The notes: a model not told the origin generated them from the letters alone. DNA of 64,000 nt from an uncultured Lentisphaerales bacterium (GCA_943788985.1 CALSSJ010000002.1:1-64000), one strand, 5' to 3'; shown: positions 18,178 to 28,965, counted from the stretch's first letter. Numbers and translations are program-made.

Positions 18178-19791
18178 TCATTTCAGCTTACCGGTAATTC
18201 TGTGTAGCGTGTCCGAGCTAGCGACCTTCTTCCCGTCAGCGAAAACGGTCAGCCCCTTGCCCTTGCTGTATTTCTCACCTGTCTTATCCCAGATGATGGT
18301 CAGGATGCATCCGTGGTAGAGCACGTTGTCCAGACAGAAATAATCCCAGGTATTCTCGGGCAACAAAGGGTTCACCTCGACGATGTCATCGGCGCGCGGA
18401 CGCAGCCCGACGAGGCCGGTGATAATCAGGTCGTTGTAGGTGGAGTGGTTGTAGTCCTTGCCGCGCTCGTAACCGCCCTTTCGGATAAACAGCTCGTTAT
18501 TGGTCTTCTCCATCTCGAGCAGACGGGTACGGGAAATCCAGTCACCGGTGTACGGATTCAGGTTTTCATCGATCCACGGCACCACCTTGCCGTCTTCACG
18601 CTTCAGTTGGTGTGAACGCGTGTAGATGCCGAGTGTCTCAAAGTAGGCGTTGCGATCAATCACGTCCTGATCATAATTGTTGAGCAGGTTGGCCAGTCCC
18701 GTCAACACGCTGCAGGTGGCCAGGGGCCAACTCGGCCCGTTCCATTGGCACTCATGGCCCTCGTAGGAAAGCTGAAATTTCGGGTGTCGCTGTTCCGCAA
18801 AGGTCGGCCCGCAGGGCGCGTAGAATCCCTTGGGATCCATCAGATCCTTCCATCCTGCCTCATACCCGGAATCCGGCAGATTGAAATACCACGGCGTATA
18901 GCCGTAGAGTTCCCTGACCTCCCTGAGAGGCTTTCCCTCGGTCGCTAGAATCTTGAAGAATTGCGCCTCCTCGTCCCAGAGCTTCTCTTGTACGAGCTGC
19001 TTAATCTTGGCGGCTTTCTCTTCGAACCGATCGGTCTGCTCTGCGTTCCCGGCCATCCGGGAAATGGCAGCGACTGCTTTAGCGTCGCCATACATGAAAC
19101 TGTTGATTGTGGGACGGAATCCATGCCCGCCGATTGAGAGTTCGCCGCCATCCAGGTCATCGATCTGCCAGTACAAGCCGTTGTCCCGTCTGCCAATGAT
19201 ATGCTCGCGGCAGGGCCATCCCTTCTCCCAGGCTTCGTAGTTCTTGACGAGATCCGGCAGCAGATCGACCAGAAAGTCTTCATTGGGCGTGACGAGATTG
19301 CGGTTGTAGTAGGCATCGGCAATCCAGAAGCTGTACGCTCGCAGGCTGCCGCCTTTGCGCAGCCAGAATGTCGCGTAATCGTCTAGGTATTGCGGATTCC
19401 GCAACCAGCGGCCTTCGTAGACGTGATGGGCCGCGGGGCAGTTGATGGTGTTGTGCTTGCCGGACCAGGGAACCTTGGGCAGGAATTCGGTGATGACGTA
19501 GCCGTCTTCGGTCGACTTCACATGCTTGCGGTAAGTCCACCAGCGAAAGTACCACGTTCGCTGGAAATCTTCATCCGGGCATTCAAACAGGGGGATGTTC
19601 AGCGCCAGAAAATTAAACGCATCCTTGTTCTTGATATTGGAGTACAGCTCTTCGTCATCCGCATTGAACTGCTCCAGGTAGCCTTTAAGCGTCTCGTGGT
19701 CCAAGACGAGCGGACCGCGGGTACTGGTCGTAACCGGGCCCAAGGGGAAAGGCAAAGGTGCGACTGGTGTATCCCATTCTTTCCCCTTCAC
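18178..19791 (-). CDS. GH63/MGH1-like (alpha/alpha)6 glycoside hydrolase, possibly the C-terminal half of a fusion
   Basis: NIPLFECPD, WYFRWWTYRKH, RPTINSFMYGDA, HECQWNGPSWP, DYNHSTYNDLIITGLVG; no signal peptide. Confidence 0.8.
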   Translation of the reverse strand: MKGKEWDTPVAPLPFPLGPVTTSTRGPLVLDHETLKGYLEQFNADDEELYSNIKNKDAFNFLALNIPLFECPDEDFQRTWYFRWWTYRKHVKSTEDGYVITEFLPKVPWSGKHNTINCPAAHHVYEGRWLRNPQYLDDYATFWLRKGGSLRAYSFWIADAYYNRNLVTPNEDFLVDLLPDLVKNYEAWEKGWPCREHIIGRRDNGLYWQIDDLDGGELSIGGHGFRPTINSFMYGDAKAVAAISRMAGNAEQTDRFEEKAAKIKQLVQEKLWDEEAQFFKILATEGKPLREVRELYGYTPWYFNLPDSGYEAGWKDLMDPKGFYAPCGPTFAEQRHPKFQLSYEGHECQWNGPSWPLATCSVLTGLANLLNNYDQDVIDRNAYFETLGIYTRSHQLKREDGKVVPWIDENLNPYTGDWISRTRLLEMEKTNNELFIRKGGYERGKDYNHSTYNDLIITGLVGLRPRADDIVEVNPLLPENTWDYFCLDNVLYHGCILTIIWDKTGEKYSKGKGLTVFADGKKVASSDTLHRITGKLK

Positions 19792-21006
19792 TCAGACACC
19801 TTGCCAGGCAAGCGGGATGGTTTCACTCTCATCCGGACTAACCTCATCCTTGAACCGGGCAAGCCGCGATTCTACACCCTTTATCTGGGATGTGAATTCA
19901 GGGACCTCCGCCGGCGGATTCCAGCTGACATCCGCCGCAACCAGAAAATCCGGCAACCACTGGTCGAGCTGGTTTCCATGCCTTTGACAGGCAATGATCC
20001 CAATGAAGTTTTCTTTGTCGTTCCCCAGCATCGGCCATTCCGCAAGATTTCGAAATGCACCCTGATCGTAGCATTTCGAGCCGGGACGGCCTCCAGAGCT
20101 TGAGCCTGCCCCCATCAGCACCTTCTCTTTGCATCCGGGTTTAAGAAGTACATCAATTTTGTGGTGCTTGAGGTCTTTGGTTTGCCCCCCCTCCAGATCT
20201 CGATTCCCGTTGGACCACAGCGCCCGAATGACATCGCCTTTGTACTGTTCAGGCGTTTCTGGGGCATCGGCCCAGACAATCAATTTGGGTTCTTGATTGT
20301 GTTGTTTGGCAGTCTCAAGAAGCCTCCGCAGGAGCTCTCCCGAGTACTTCGCTCGTTTCGCCCTTGGTAGGAGAGGCTCATCCATTCCGAGATGGATGTA
20401 ATTACAAGTCATGGCGGAAAACCATTCGGAGTAAATCGAGTCGAGCAGTGTAAAGGATCGTTCATCGGATGGCAGAAGATGCGCTCGACCAGCATCAATC
20501 ATGAAGCAGCGCATCTCATAGCGCGGATAGTCAGAAATCTTGCAGCCTTTGACCTTCTTCGTGGCAACCAGCTGACGCAAGGTCGTGGCGCCGTGGAAAA
20601 GTCCCTGCGCGGTATTGGCCCTTATCGTTGCGCTGCCTTCGCCCACACGCAGCACATACCCCCCTTCTTTTCTTTTCACGGGTTCCAAGTAGAGGGAGCC
20701 GGCTTTGCTGGCACTCTCATTACCCAGAACCAGCGAAAAACTTTCCTCTTGTCTCTTTGGGACAATTTCCAAGTTGAGACCGTACTGTTCTTTCAGGAGT
20801 TTCGCCAATTGCGTGCCGGCATACTCGCCTTTGGCAGAACCGTCGCTGACCACAACGATCTTGGTCTGATCAGAAATCGTAAATGATTCCTGAGTCACTT
20901 CACATTGTTGCGGACGCGGCAGCAGTGTATCGCGAAGCGCCTTCGCTTCTGCAAATCCAGTGATTGTCATGATGGATAGCAGTCCTGTTAGCGGTGTCTT
21001 TTTCAT
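19792..21006 (-). pseudogene. GH20 (hexosaminidase)-like protein, internally deleted, in frame with the downstream GH63-like ORF
   Basis: Signal peptide, LLPRPQ, GLFHGATTLRQL, ISDYPRYEMRCFMIDAGR, IHLGMDE; a large part of the barrel between DAGR and HLGMDE appears absent. Confidence 0.65.
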
Positions 21007-21023
21007 ATCGTGTCTCCCACCGC

Positions 21024-21212
21024 CTACCTTCCCACCCACAAATTCAGATGATACGTCGTGGGATCGGGGAACAGCGCATCGCCGACCGCATCGGACAGCC
21101 GGGTGTAAGAGCCGTCTGCCGGCTTCTCCACGTGTACATAGCCCAGCAGGCGTTTCCACCTGCCATTGTTCTTATCCCTTGAGTATCCAATAGCCTGAAC
21201 TGTAGTAATCAT
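21024..21212 (-). CDS. Small hypothetical protein or fragment (62 aa)
   Basis: ATG start, co-oriented 18 nt upstream of the GH20-like gene. Confidence 0.3.
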   Translation of the reverse strand: MITTVQAIGYSRDKNNGRWKRLLGYVHVEKPADGSYTRLSDAVGDALFPDPTTYHLNLWVGR

Positions 21213-21362
21213 AATGCGGATGCCCTTCCGGAACCCCCAAATCGACCTTTTTCTGGAGAACGAAGAGATAGGGATCGGTTGTGACAACTTCGCCCCCGTC
21301 GTATCATTCCCGATTACGAAAAGCGGCATGCTCCCGGGGACGAGGTGGGCAAAGAGCGAGAA

Positions 21363-21440
21363 GGATTTTGGATTTTGGATGTCGGGTTTTGAACTCCCGG
21401 CTTCCCGACACCTGAAGGCTGACACCTCACACCTGATACC
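21363..21440. repeat. Heptamer tandem repeats
   Basis: GGATTTT GGATTTT GGATGTC GGGTTTT, then GACACCT GAAGGCT GACACCT CACACCT. Confidence 0.6.
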
Positions 21441-21525
21441 CGGGACCATGGGCGTGGTCTCCTGGGCCAAGACGCAGAGCCCGTAGTCGACCATGAGACA
21501 ATGCCTGCGCCCCCAATGGCACCGG

Positions 21526-24500
21526 CTACTCGAATCGCTCGGTGATCTCCAGTTCGTGGATGGACCACCATCCGGGGACCGTGCCCATTGGCGTTGTGTT
21601 GACGATCTTCAAGTGGGCGGCTTCGACTGCCGGGAAAATAGCGGTTGATACGTTGGGCGTGCCCTCGAAATCGCCCTGCTTCTGCCAGGTATCACCGTCC
21701 GTGGAGGTGTGCACCTCGTATTGGCGCGGGTAGTCATTGAGGGAAGAACCATGATCCATGATGAGCCCGGTAACCTCGGCCGGTGCTGGCAATTGGATGC
21801 CAAGCCACTGCCCCGGAGCTTGGGCTCCCTTGGTGCCCCAGCGCTTCTTCAGAGCGCCATCGGTCATGTGCTTGAAGGCTGAACTCGGAATGCTGGATGT
21901 GAACCGCCACTTCTTTTTTGCGGTGAGTTTGTTTGGGAACTCTTCATAGAGCTGGCTCAGCGTGTAGATGCCGGTCGTCTCCTTGAGCGCTGCCCGCACC
22001 TCTGCGACCTCTGCTTCCTCGACCAACTCTGCGTCGTTCTGCCAACTACTGCGAATGTAGCTGAGTACATCTGCGATGTGGGCATCGGAGTAGCTGGCAA
22101 GCGGCATCATGATGCCGTAGTTCTTGCCATCCACTGGCCCTTGCAGTCCCTTCAGCGCGAGCGCGATCAAGCGGTTTTTATCGCCCATGACACGGGCAGA
22201 ACCGGGCAGTGGGGCGCCCAGAATCAACGTGCCCGCTTTGGTGCCCATTCCGTCCTGGCCATGGCATGACAGACACAGGCCGTCGTAGTGGGCCTTGCCA
22301 GCGGTCAGCTTTGCGGCCTTGGCACCTTCCAGCTTCTGCAGTTTCTCCTCGCGGATCCGCGCGGCTTTCTCCTGTTTCAGCAGCACTTTCTCCATCTCTG
22401 CCAAGCCATAGTGTCCATCGCGATGCGTGTCGAACAGCAGGGCACGCGTCTCCAGGTCTCCAACGCGCCTGGCAGTGTTCATAATCTGCACCAGCACCTG
22501 GCTGTCAGTCTCCGTTTTGAGCGGCAATACGGATCGCATCAGCGCCTGGTCCTTCTGGAACCAGGGCGTGGCCAGGCGAATCGCAGCTTCGCGAATCCTG
22601 GGATCTGGATCGCTGATCGCCTTGTGCACTTGGTCCCATTCGGTCTGGGCGAGACCGTCCAGTGTCCAGAGCGCGTGGAGGCGGGCAACGGGGTTGGCAT
22701 GGGTGTCAGCCATCTCGCGTAGCTTCGGCACTACGTCCAGCCCTCCTCGGACGACGATTAGCTTCTGAGCAGTGAGGCGCTGCCAGGCATTGGCGTGCGC
22801 GAGGTATGGCACCAACTCCATGGCACTTTGGTCGAGCATCTTTGGCTTCGGGTAGCGCTGAGCGCCGGCACGCCCAACCCGGTAAATGCGTCCCCGACCC
22901 GTGTGCTGATCGAGCCCATAGGCCTTGACAATTCGGTACAGATACGAGCCTTTCCCTACCCACTGAGCCTGTTGGATAATGCCACGGTACATGTCGACGA
23001 TGTAGAGCTGGCCGTCCGGACCAGTAGCCAGGGAGACTGGCCGAAAGTTAGGGTCGGTGCTGCGGATGAATTCTTTGCCGGGATAGTGGTTGTGCAGAAT
23101 GCGCATCCCACCCTTCTTCTCGATCCGTGTGCGCCGGATCATTCGCCCAACCGGTTCGGCCAGAAACAGGTCGTTTTCCAAGTCGCCGAGAATGCCGCCG
23201 CGGTAGATTTCACCACCGGAAACGCAAGTCATATGGTTCAGGGTATTGTCATCGCGAAGGCGTTTGGCACCGCCTTGGGAATCGGGGATGTTGTCGATCG
23301 GCCAGACCTCAAGAAAGGTCGGCCCTCGCTCGCCGGGCAGTTCCATGCCGCCATATTCATGTGGGACCTGGAAGTGCATGGCGCCGGTCTCGTGCCCGCC
23401 ATTAGCGCCGATTGTCTGCCCGGTGACCGTCTGAGTGATGCCCCACTGGCCACCGATACCATAGGTAAACCTCGCCTTCTCCAGACGGCCCTTGACATAG
23501 CGGAAGCCCATCCAGGTGCCGGCGATGACGTTGTCCAGATTCCAGATGAATCCTTGTGGCTGATGCTCCATATTGCCTCCGCGCTTGCCCCCCTCATACA
23601 CGCGTTCTTTGCGGTCTGACACCCCGTCTCCATCGGTGTCTTCATAAGCGTAGAGATCGTTGGTGTCGGTCTCGCCAATGATCACCGTGCCATCCAGACA
23701 GATCAGTTTTCGCGGCATAACCAGTCCCTCGGCAAAGACCGTTCGTGTCTCGTACACACCGTCCCAATCTCGATCCACCAGCTTCAAAACCCGGCAAATC
23801 GGCTCCTTCTCGCCAGACCCATAAATGTCATCCATGTAGGTTTCCATTTGGGCCACATACATGGCACCGTTGCCATCCCAGACGATGTGTACAGGTTCCT
23901 CCAACAGCTCATCACCAGCGCTTAGCTCCACCGTGTAACCATCTTGTATCTCAAAGGTCTTCAATGCCTCTGTTTCGGTGAGTGGCTGGACCTCAGCCGT
24001 GCGTGGCGAGGCAGGCTTCTCTACGATCGGGGCGAAGTCCGCAGCCAGGTCGCCGGTGGCAATCAGGATGCCTTTGAGCAGGTGTGTCAGAAAGTCCGTG
24101 TCGTGCCAGGTGCTGATATTATGTCCGAAATTTGTGTAGAACAGCCGACCGTCGCCGATCTTGCGAATCCAACTGACGGGCACGTCCTCGATTCGTGCAT
24201 GCGCTTGGGTCGTCGCGCTATCGGTAAAGTCAAGCGCCAACAGCACGCGCACGTTGTTACGATCGTAGTCGTTGTAGGAGTAGACTTCATCCTTGAAGCG
24301 AAAGAGTTCCGGATAATGGTTCGTACAGGCACAGGCGCGGTCTTCATTGACAAAACTCCACGTATCGCCAGCGCCCCACGGATGCCCGGCGAAGCGACCG
24401 CCAATCATCTCGGTATACTGGTCCCAGCCGCCATCACTCGCCGCATGAATGGCGACTAGCCCGCCGCCCTCCTGCACATACTGCTCAAGGGCCTGCCGTT

Positions 24501-24846
24501 GGACCGCAGCGCGCAGGAAGTTCTCAATCCCCGTGTTGTTGTTGAGCACCAGCGCATCGTACTGCTGCAGATTGGTGAGCGTGAAGTCCTCCGGGGCGTC
24601 CGTCAACTCGACTGAAAATGCGCCGGTCTTCTCAGCCAGTTTCTGAATTGCGACAATTCCCGCGTCTGTCGACTTGTGGACAAAGCCAGTCGACTTGGAT
24701 AGGACCAGCAGCTTGCGGACATCAGCTGGGGCATCGCACGCAACTGTGGCAGCCGCGGCATGGATCTGCTTACTCAGCGCCTCGCTGACCTTTGCCAGAC
24801 TGGTTAGTGAGAGGGCGAAGGAGAGGGTAAATATCAGGCGGTACAT
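21526..24846 (-). CDS. Multidomain ThuA-like + PVC-type heme-binding beta-propeller/HEAT/cytochrome c + F5/8 type C protein
   Basis: ThuA (GFVHKS, GGLVAIHAA, DEVY, GRLFYTNFGH); FRPVSLATGPDGQLYIVDMYRG; ARLHALWTLDGL; CLSCH heme motif; C-terminal discoidin (YPRQYEVHTSTDG, WWSIHE). Confidence 0.88.
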   Translation of the reverse strand: MYRLIFTLSFALSLTSLAKVSEALSKQIHAAAATVACDAPADVRKLLVLSKSTGFVHKSTDAGIVAIQKLAEKTGAFSVELTDAPEDFTLTNLQQYDALVLNNNTGIENFLRAAVQRQALEQYVQEGGGLVAIHAASDGGWDQYTEMIGGRFAGHPWGAGDTWSFVNEDRACACTNHYPELFRFKDEVYSYNDYDRNNVRVLLALDFTDSATTQAHARIEDVPVSWIRKIGDGRLFYTNFGHNISTWHDTDFLTHLLKGILIATGDLAADFAPIVEKPASPRTAEVQPLTETEALKTFEIQDGYTVELSAGDELLEEPVHIVWDGNGAMYVAQMETYMDDIYGSGEKEPICRVLKLVDRDWDGVYETRTVFAEGLVMPRKLICLDGTVIIGETDTNDLYAYEDTDGDGVSDRKERVYEGGKRGGNMEHQPQGFIWNLDNVIAGTWMGFRYVKGRLEKARFTYGIGGQWGITQTVTGQTIGANGGHETGAMHFQVPHEYGGMELPGERGPTFLEVWPIDNIPDSQGGAKRLRDDNTLNHMTCVSGGEIYRGGILGDLENDLFLAEPVGRMIRRTRIEKKGGMRILHNHYPGKEFIRSTDPNFRPVSLATGPDGQLYIVDMYRGIIQQAQWVGKGSYLYRIVKAYGLDQHTGRGRIYRVGRAGAQRYPKPKMLDQSAMELVPYLAHANAWQRLTAQKLIVVRGGLDVVPKLREMADTHANPVARLHALWTLDGLAQTEWDQVHKAISDPDPRIREAAIRLATPWFQKDQALMRSVLPLKTETDSQVLVQIMNTARRVGDLETRALLFDTHRDGHYGLAEMEKVLLKQEKAARIREEKLQKLEGAKAAKLTAGKAHYDGLCLSCHGQDGMGTKAGTLILGAPLPGSARVMGDKNRLIALALKGLQGPVDGKNYGIMMPLASYSDAHIADVLSYIRSSWQNDAELVEEAEVAEVRAALKETTGIYTLSQLYEEFPNKLTAKKKWRFTSSIPSSAFKHMTDGALKKRWGTKGAQAPGQWLGIQLPAPAEVTGLIMDHGSSLNDYPRQYEVHTSTDGDTWQKQGDFEGTPNVSTAIFPAVEAAHLKIVNTTPMGTVPGWWSIHELEITERFE

Positions 24847-25203
24847 GCGGTCAATCTCTTACGGCTTGTCGGGGAAAATTCGCGGGCTGTCGCAGGCCTT
24901 TTCTTTTTAGCGTGTTGTCAGTGACGCCGGATAATAGTAATCGACCTGCGAAGCAAGAGCTAGAGGTAAATCGGAATTATCTGCCCGATCTTTCCCTCTT
25001 ATCGCCTCTGGTCATCTGCTGTGCGTCCCTACTTTCAAGAGTCTGTCGATCGATTACGACAGCGATCTAAACTTTCTCGACGACCTTGGGGTGCGCGAGA
25101 TAAAATCGCTGCTCTCTGCCAGAGAATGGCCATCAGCAAAGAGAGTGTTCGTTTTTTGGGAATTCCAAAAGTAAAATTTTATGACCAGAGCCGTTGGTTG
25201 TCG

Positions 25204-25547
25204 GCCGCATGAAATAACATTGCTGAGCAGCGTTACGTTCACGACTGCCAGCGGCAAGAACCCGTGTCATGGGAGAGAGGATTGGTGCTAGACGCCAGCC
25301 CGGAGGCTCAGAAGCACTGCCGGGTTGCTGCCAGCCGGATACGTCCTGCCCCACATGATTTGCCCTTCCGTAGGTAAAGTCTCTCGCTGAATTCGGCGCC
25401 GGCGGCGACCATGTATTCGTCCTTGGGCCTATGAGGCAGAACACAACAGTAGTGCCCCCTATTTCAGGAGTGGGCAGATACCCGCTTGCATATGTATTTT
25501 CCGGCCAATGAGGTTTTCCCCCACTGACCCGAGTTAATTCATGCGGC
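25204..25547. repeat. Inverted 15-bp repeat pair enclosing 344 bp; members of a dispersed motif family
   Basis: GCCGCATGAAATAAC (25204-25218) versus GTTAATTCATGCGGC (25533-25547), 14/15 complementary. Confidence 0.55.
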
Positions 25548-25649
25548 GCAAAAAACATCTGCATCAGCGGCATAGGTCATCTAAGCTGTACCGACCTGCT
25601 TCAAGGTATGAACGCATCGGGTGCATCTTGCTGATCTTTTCACCCTTGA

Positions 25650-26093
25650 GAGGGCAGGCAGGAGTGCATACTCGTCTGCGAAGTGAAGTAGGTACCAGAG
25701 TTAGAAGGCTTCGTTGGACCAAGCGCATTTGAGCCCGGCTGCCTCAGCCATGTGAATCGCGTTGTCGAAGTGTGCCGGGGGGCACGAGTCCCGGTCGAAG
25801 ACGCCCCATACCTCGTCAAAGGGATAATTGTCACTTTGCTGGTCGCGAAGCTGTAGCGCCTTTTGGACGAGGCTCAACGTGTTGGCACCTGTGCCATCGA
25901 TCTTGACCTCGGCTAAATTGGGCGGCAAATTCTCTTTGATCGCCTCAAAGTAATTCGGCTCGATCTTGCTTCCCTCACAGACAATATGGATGCGCTTGCG
26001 AGTCTCCCAGGTGCGGAAAACACGGACCCCAACTCGTGAGCGGCGCTTGAACCAGTTCTTGTCTCGGTCACTCAGCTTTGTTGGCTTCCCCAC
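25650..26093 (-). pseudogene. rloB: RloB family protein with nonsense mutation
   Basis: IVCEGSKIEPNYF, DEVWGVFDRD, AWSNEAF*LWYLLHF (TAA at 25701-25703 in place of Glu). Confidence 0.8.
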
Positions 26094-26300
26094 CGACCAC
26101 CTCCTTTGCCACATCCGCGAGATCTGCCAGAAAAGGCACGGCCCCATAGCGTCCTGGGATGTAGTTTGGCTCGAACGCTGCGTCGTTGCGCACCTTGGTG
26201 CCCTTGGGAAGTTTGATCTCTGCAAGCGAGTAGAGGTCGGTTGCGCCACGTTGGCCTTTTCCTACGAACCAGATCTGGTCTCGCCGAAACGGGCTGGGGA
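26068..26300 (-). pseudogene. rloA: C-terminal remnant of RloA-like AAA ATPase
   Basis: RRDQIWFV.K...GATDLYSLAE...VRNDAAFE.NYI.GRYGAVPF; overlaps the rloB start. Confidence 0.75.
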
Positions 26301-26377
26301 TATACCCTTTGTTACCGCCCACCATGTGGACCCAGTTTTGTCTATGTTCATTCGTCAGGGTTCTTCTTTTGCGGACA

Positions 26378-26917
26378 TTATCTGCACTGGTCCGAGGAGC
26401 CCAGCGGCTCAAGATTCGTCAGGTGCACCAGCAGCATAAATGAATCCCTCTCTTCCAGCTCCCTAGCCATGCCATAGAGAAAGTCATAAGTCAGCCCATC
26501 TATATGACTGAGTTCCATGATGTGGGCGAAGCCAAAGTGGCTTTGCGCCTTTTGCTTCGGGATCATGCGCCCAGACCATTTACGCGGTTTAGCGAGGACT
26601 ACATTCCTCGCGGACTGCTTGGGCGCGCGCTCTTGCTTGAGCGATCCGTCTAGATCGTACACAAGTTCACGCACCACTACCCCATAGGCCGGCTCGTCTG
26701 TCTCACGATTCAGGTAGATGCGCGAGTTGCTGCTCACGAAGCGTCCAAACTGCTCTAGATGCAGTTCGGGGTCCCCAGCGATGATCGCCGCACTGAGTTC
26801 TTCCGGCATGCGAGCCGCGGTCAGGGCCTGGTAGTTGGTCTTGAGCGTGGCCTTGACGCAGCGCGTGTTTTGAACGCGCTGTCCACGAGAGTCCACGTAG
26901 CTGCTGGTTACCGGCAC
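26378..26917 (-). pseudogene. Hypothetical protein, probably internally deleted and N-terminally decayed
   Basis: IIAGDPE, KWSGR, DGLTYDFLYGMAREL, HLTNLE motifs; in-frame stops upstream. Confidence 0.5.
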
Positions 26918-26979
26918 TCGGCCACTCTACATGACCGCGATCTCCGTAGCGCCATGGCTAAACGTAAGCTAGTGCGCCA

Positions 26980-27612
26980 TCAGAAAGGAAGGTCATCATC
27001 CGACTCATCCGGAAATGGCGGATGCGCCTCATTGGGCACGAACGTAGACGTGGAGGGAGGCGGGGCACTCTGCGGCGGCGGTGGCACAGCCTGAGGGGCT
27101 GGCTGCGATTGTGGCGCTTGATAGGCAGCCTGCGCGGGCGGCGGGGGCGTTCCCCAATTCCCTGGCCCCTGCTGCTGCGGGGCGGCTGCTGCCTGCTGAG
27201 CCGGTGCGGCGTAGCCCCCTTGCTGCTGCTGTGGCGGAGCGTAGCCGCCGCCTCCAGCTCCGCCTTGCTGGGCACCATCGCGCCCAGGAAGGAACTGCAC
27301 ATTCTCACCGTAAACAGACAGGCGCGAACGCTTCTGGCCTGTCGCCCGATCATCCCACTGGTCCATTTTCAGCCGGCCTTCCACTAGAACGCCACGGCCC
27401 TTCCGCAGATACTGGCCGCAGCTCTGTGCTTGACGGCCCCACACGTCCACATCCACGTAGCAGACGTCTTCACGGTCCTCGCCTGCCGCCGTGCGGTAGC
27501 GCCGGTTCAGTGCCAGCCGCAACTTGCAGACCTGGTTGTCTTGCCCAATCTGGCGCAGCTCAGGGTCCGCGGTCAGATTTCCACATAAAACTACCTTATT
27601 AAAGTTCGCCAT
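26980..27612 (-). CDS. ssb: Single-stranded DNA-binding protein
   Basis: MANFNKVVLCGNLTADPELR, VLVEGRL; G/Q/P-rich linker; C-terminal DDDLPF. Confidence 0.97.
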   Translation of the reverse strand: MANFNKVVLCGNLTADPELRQIGQDNQVCKLRLALNRRYRTAAGEDREDVCYVDVDVWGRQAQSCGQYLRKGRGVLVEGRLKMDQWDDRATGQKRSRLSVYGENVQFLPGRDGAQQGGAGGGGYAPPQQQQGGYAAPAQQAAAAPQQQGPGNWGTPPPPAQAAYQAPQSQPAPQAVPPPPQSAPPPSTSTFVPNEAHPPFPDESDDDLPF

Positions 27613-28894
27613 CGTTCTCTCCCGCTTCCGCCTTGTCTGGCTGTGTTTCTTCTGTTGGTGCCTCCGCCTTCGGGGCGACCATATACTTGGCTTTGAAGGC
27701 ATCGATTTCCGCCTGCTGGGCCACACTGGTATCGGTATATCCGTAGAGCAGTTTCGCAATGCACTTATCCGTCTTCAGCTCTTCACCACACGACACCGTG
27801 ATTGGCAGGCCAAATGTGTCAGGCAAGATCGATAATTCAATCGTGATATCATCCGAAATCACAGTGATCCGCAGGACCTGGCCGTCACCGGTCTGTTCGC
27901 TGTCCGTGCGATACTCACGACCGTTCAGGGTAAGGGCGGCACCGGCCTCCACCGTCCAAGTCTGTTTCTTGTCTTCTGCTTCCACCAATTGAGCCGAGAA
28001 CGAAACAATGTCTGGAGCCGGATAGTCCTTCAGGTACTCACCAAGCATTAGGTTCGTGACTTTCACATCGGCGTTATTTCCCTCTGTCGTAATCTCAACG
28101 GGGACTATCGTGCTGCGCAATTTCATTCCTGTTTGAAACGCCTCGCCCATCTTCAGGTAGCCCGTAAATGGCAGCGTTGTGAGGACCTTGTCGCTGATCG
28201 GCGGTTTGATCTCAAACACAAAATTACGCTCGTACCAGGTGCCTGCTGGCGGCTCGCGGCCAATCGCCTCGGTCTTGAAAACAAGCATGTTGGTGTCGAT
28301 CACGATCTCTCCCATGGAACCTGAGCCGTCCTCGACCTTAATATCCCGCACGCTCATTTCGTCGGCTTGGAACTCGAAAGCACCGCCCGAATCGCGCAGG
28401 GTGATATCTGAGAAGCGTATCTCATCAATCCGAAACACGTCGAAGGCCCGCCCAATCTGTTCTGCAGGACTGCCTCTATTCACGGCCGTACCAATCGGAT
28501 CAGGTGTGTCCTCATCACTTGGGTCCCCGTCCTGCTTCCCGTCATTCTTGCTGAAGTCTGTGGCGATCAACATCTCCTCCACATACACCTCATAGATGAT
28601 CAACTTCCGGTCGAGTAGATCCCAGAATCCAGAGTACTTGAAGCCCATGCCGCCAAGTTGAAACTCGCCATCCTCAGTCTTGATCCCGATGCTCTTAAAT
28701 CGAAAGCCCTTCGCGAACGAGCCATCAATATCGCCAATCTTCAGGTCCAATCCCTCGCGCGCCGCCTCCTGCTCAATCGTTTTTGCCATTGCCCGCAACG
28801 GATACGGTGTATGCATCATCAGATAGTAAACACCAACCACTGATAGCAAAAGTAATAATATGAAAAAACCTAGGCAGCCAAGTATCTTTTTCAT
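27599..28894 (-). CDS. Membrane-anchored hypothetical protein (AsmA/TamB-like N-terminus possible)
   Basis: N-terminal TM anchor followed by a beta-rich body (LKIGDIDGSF). Confidence 0.7.
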   Translation of the reverse strand: MKKILGCLGFFILLLLLSVVGVYYLMMHTPYPLRAMAKTIEQEAAREGLDLKIGDIDGSFAKGFRFKSIGIKTEDGEFQLGGMGFKYSGFWDLLDRKLIIYEVYVEEMLIATDFSKNDGKQDGDPSDEDTPDPIGTAVNRGSPAEQIGRAFDVFRIDEIRFSDITLRDSGGAFEFQADEMSVRDIKVEDGSGSMGEIVIDTNMLVFKTEAIGREPPAGTWYERNFVFEIKPPISDKVLTTLPFTGYLKMGEAFQTGMKLRSTIVPVEITTEGNNADVKVTNLMLGEYLKDYPAPDIVSFSAQLVEAEDKKQTWTVEAGAALTLNGREYRTDSEQTGDGQVLRITVISDDITIELSILPDTFGLPITVSCGEELKTDKCIAKLLYGYTDTSVAQQAEIDAFKAKYMVAPKAEAPTEETQPDKAEAGENDGEL

Positions 28895-28965
28895 GGTATA
28901 TTATCGTGTTCTTGAGATGGTCCCGATTGTAGAGGCCAATCTATATCAAACGCAGAGCAATCCCA

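Noticed and set aside
7933..19794. TGA at Trp-like positions (PhyH fragment, GH20/GH63 junction) suggesting stop-codon reassignment
   Set aside because: TGA terminates intact genes (lolE, lolD, ssb, tpiA), TGG is used for Trp throughout, and other pseudogenes carry TAA/TAG stops
25038..25088. Mini IS-end pair (AGTCTGTCGA...TCTCGACGACCT)
   Set aside because: Inverted match too short and no target duplication
25160..25190. dif-like site (AATTCCAAAAGTAAAATTTTATGACC); a similar weak match at ~28888-28910
   Set aside because: Only TTATG/TATATTAT match; XerC and XerD arms too divergent
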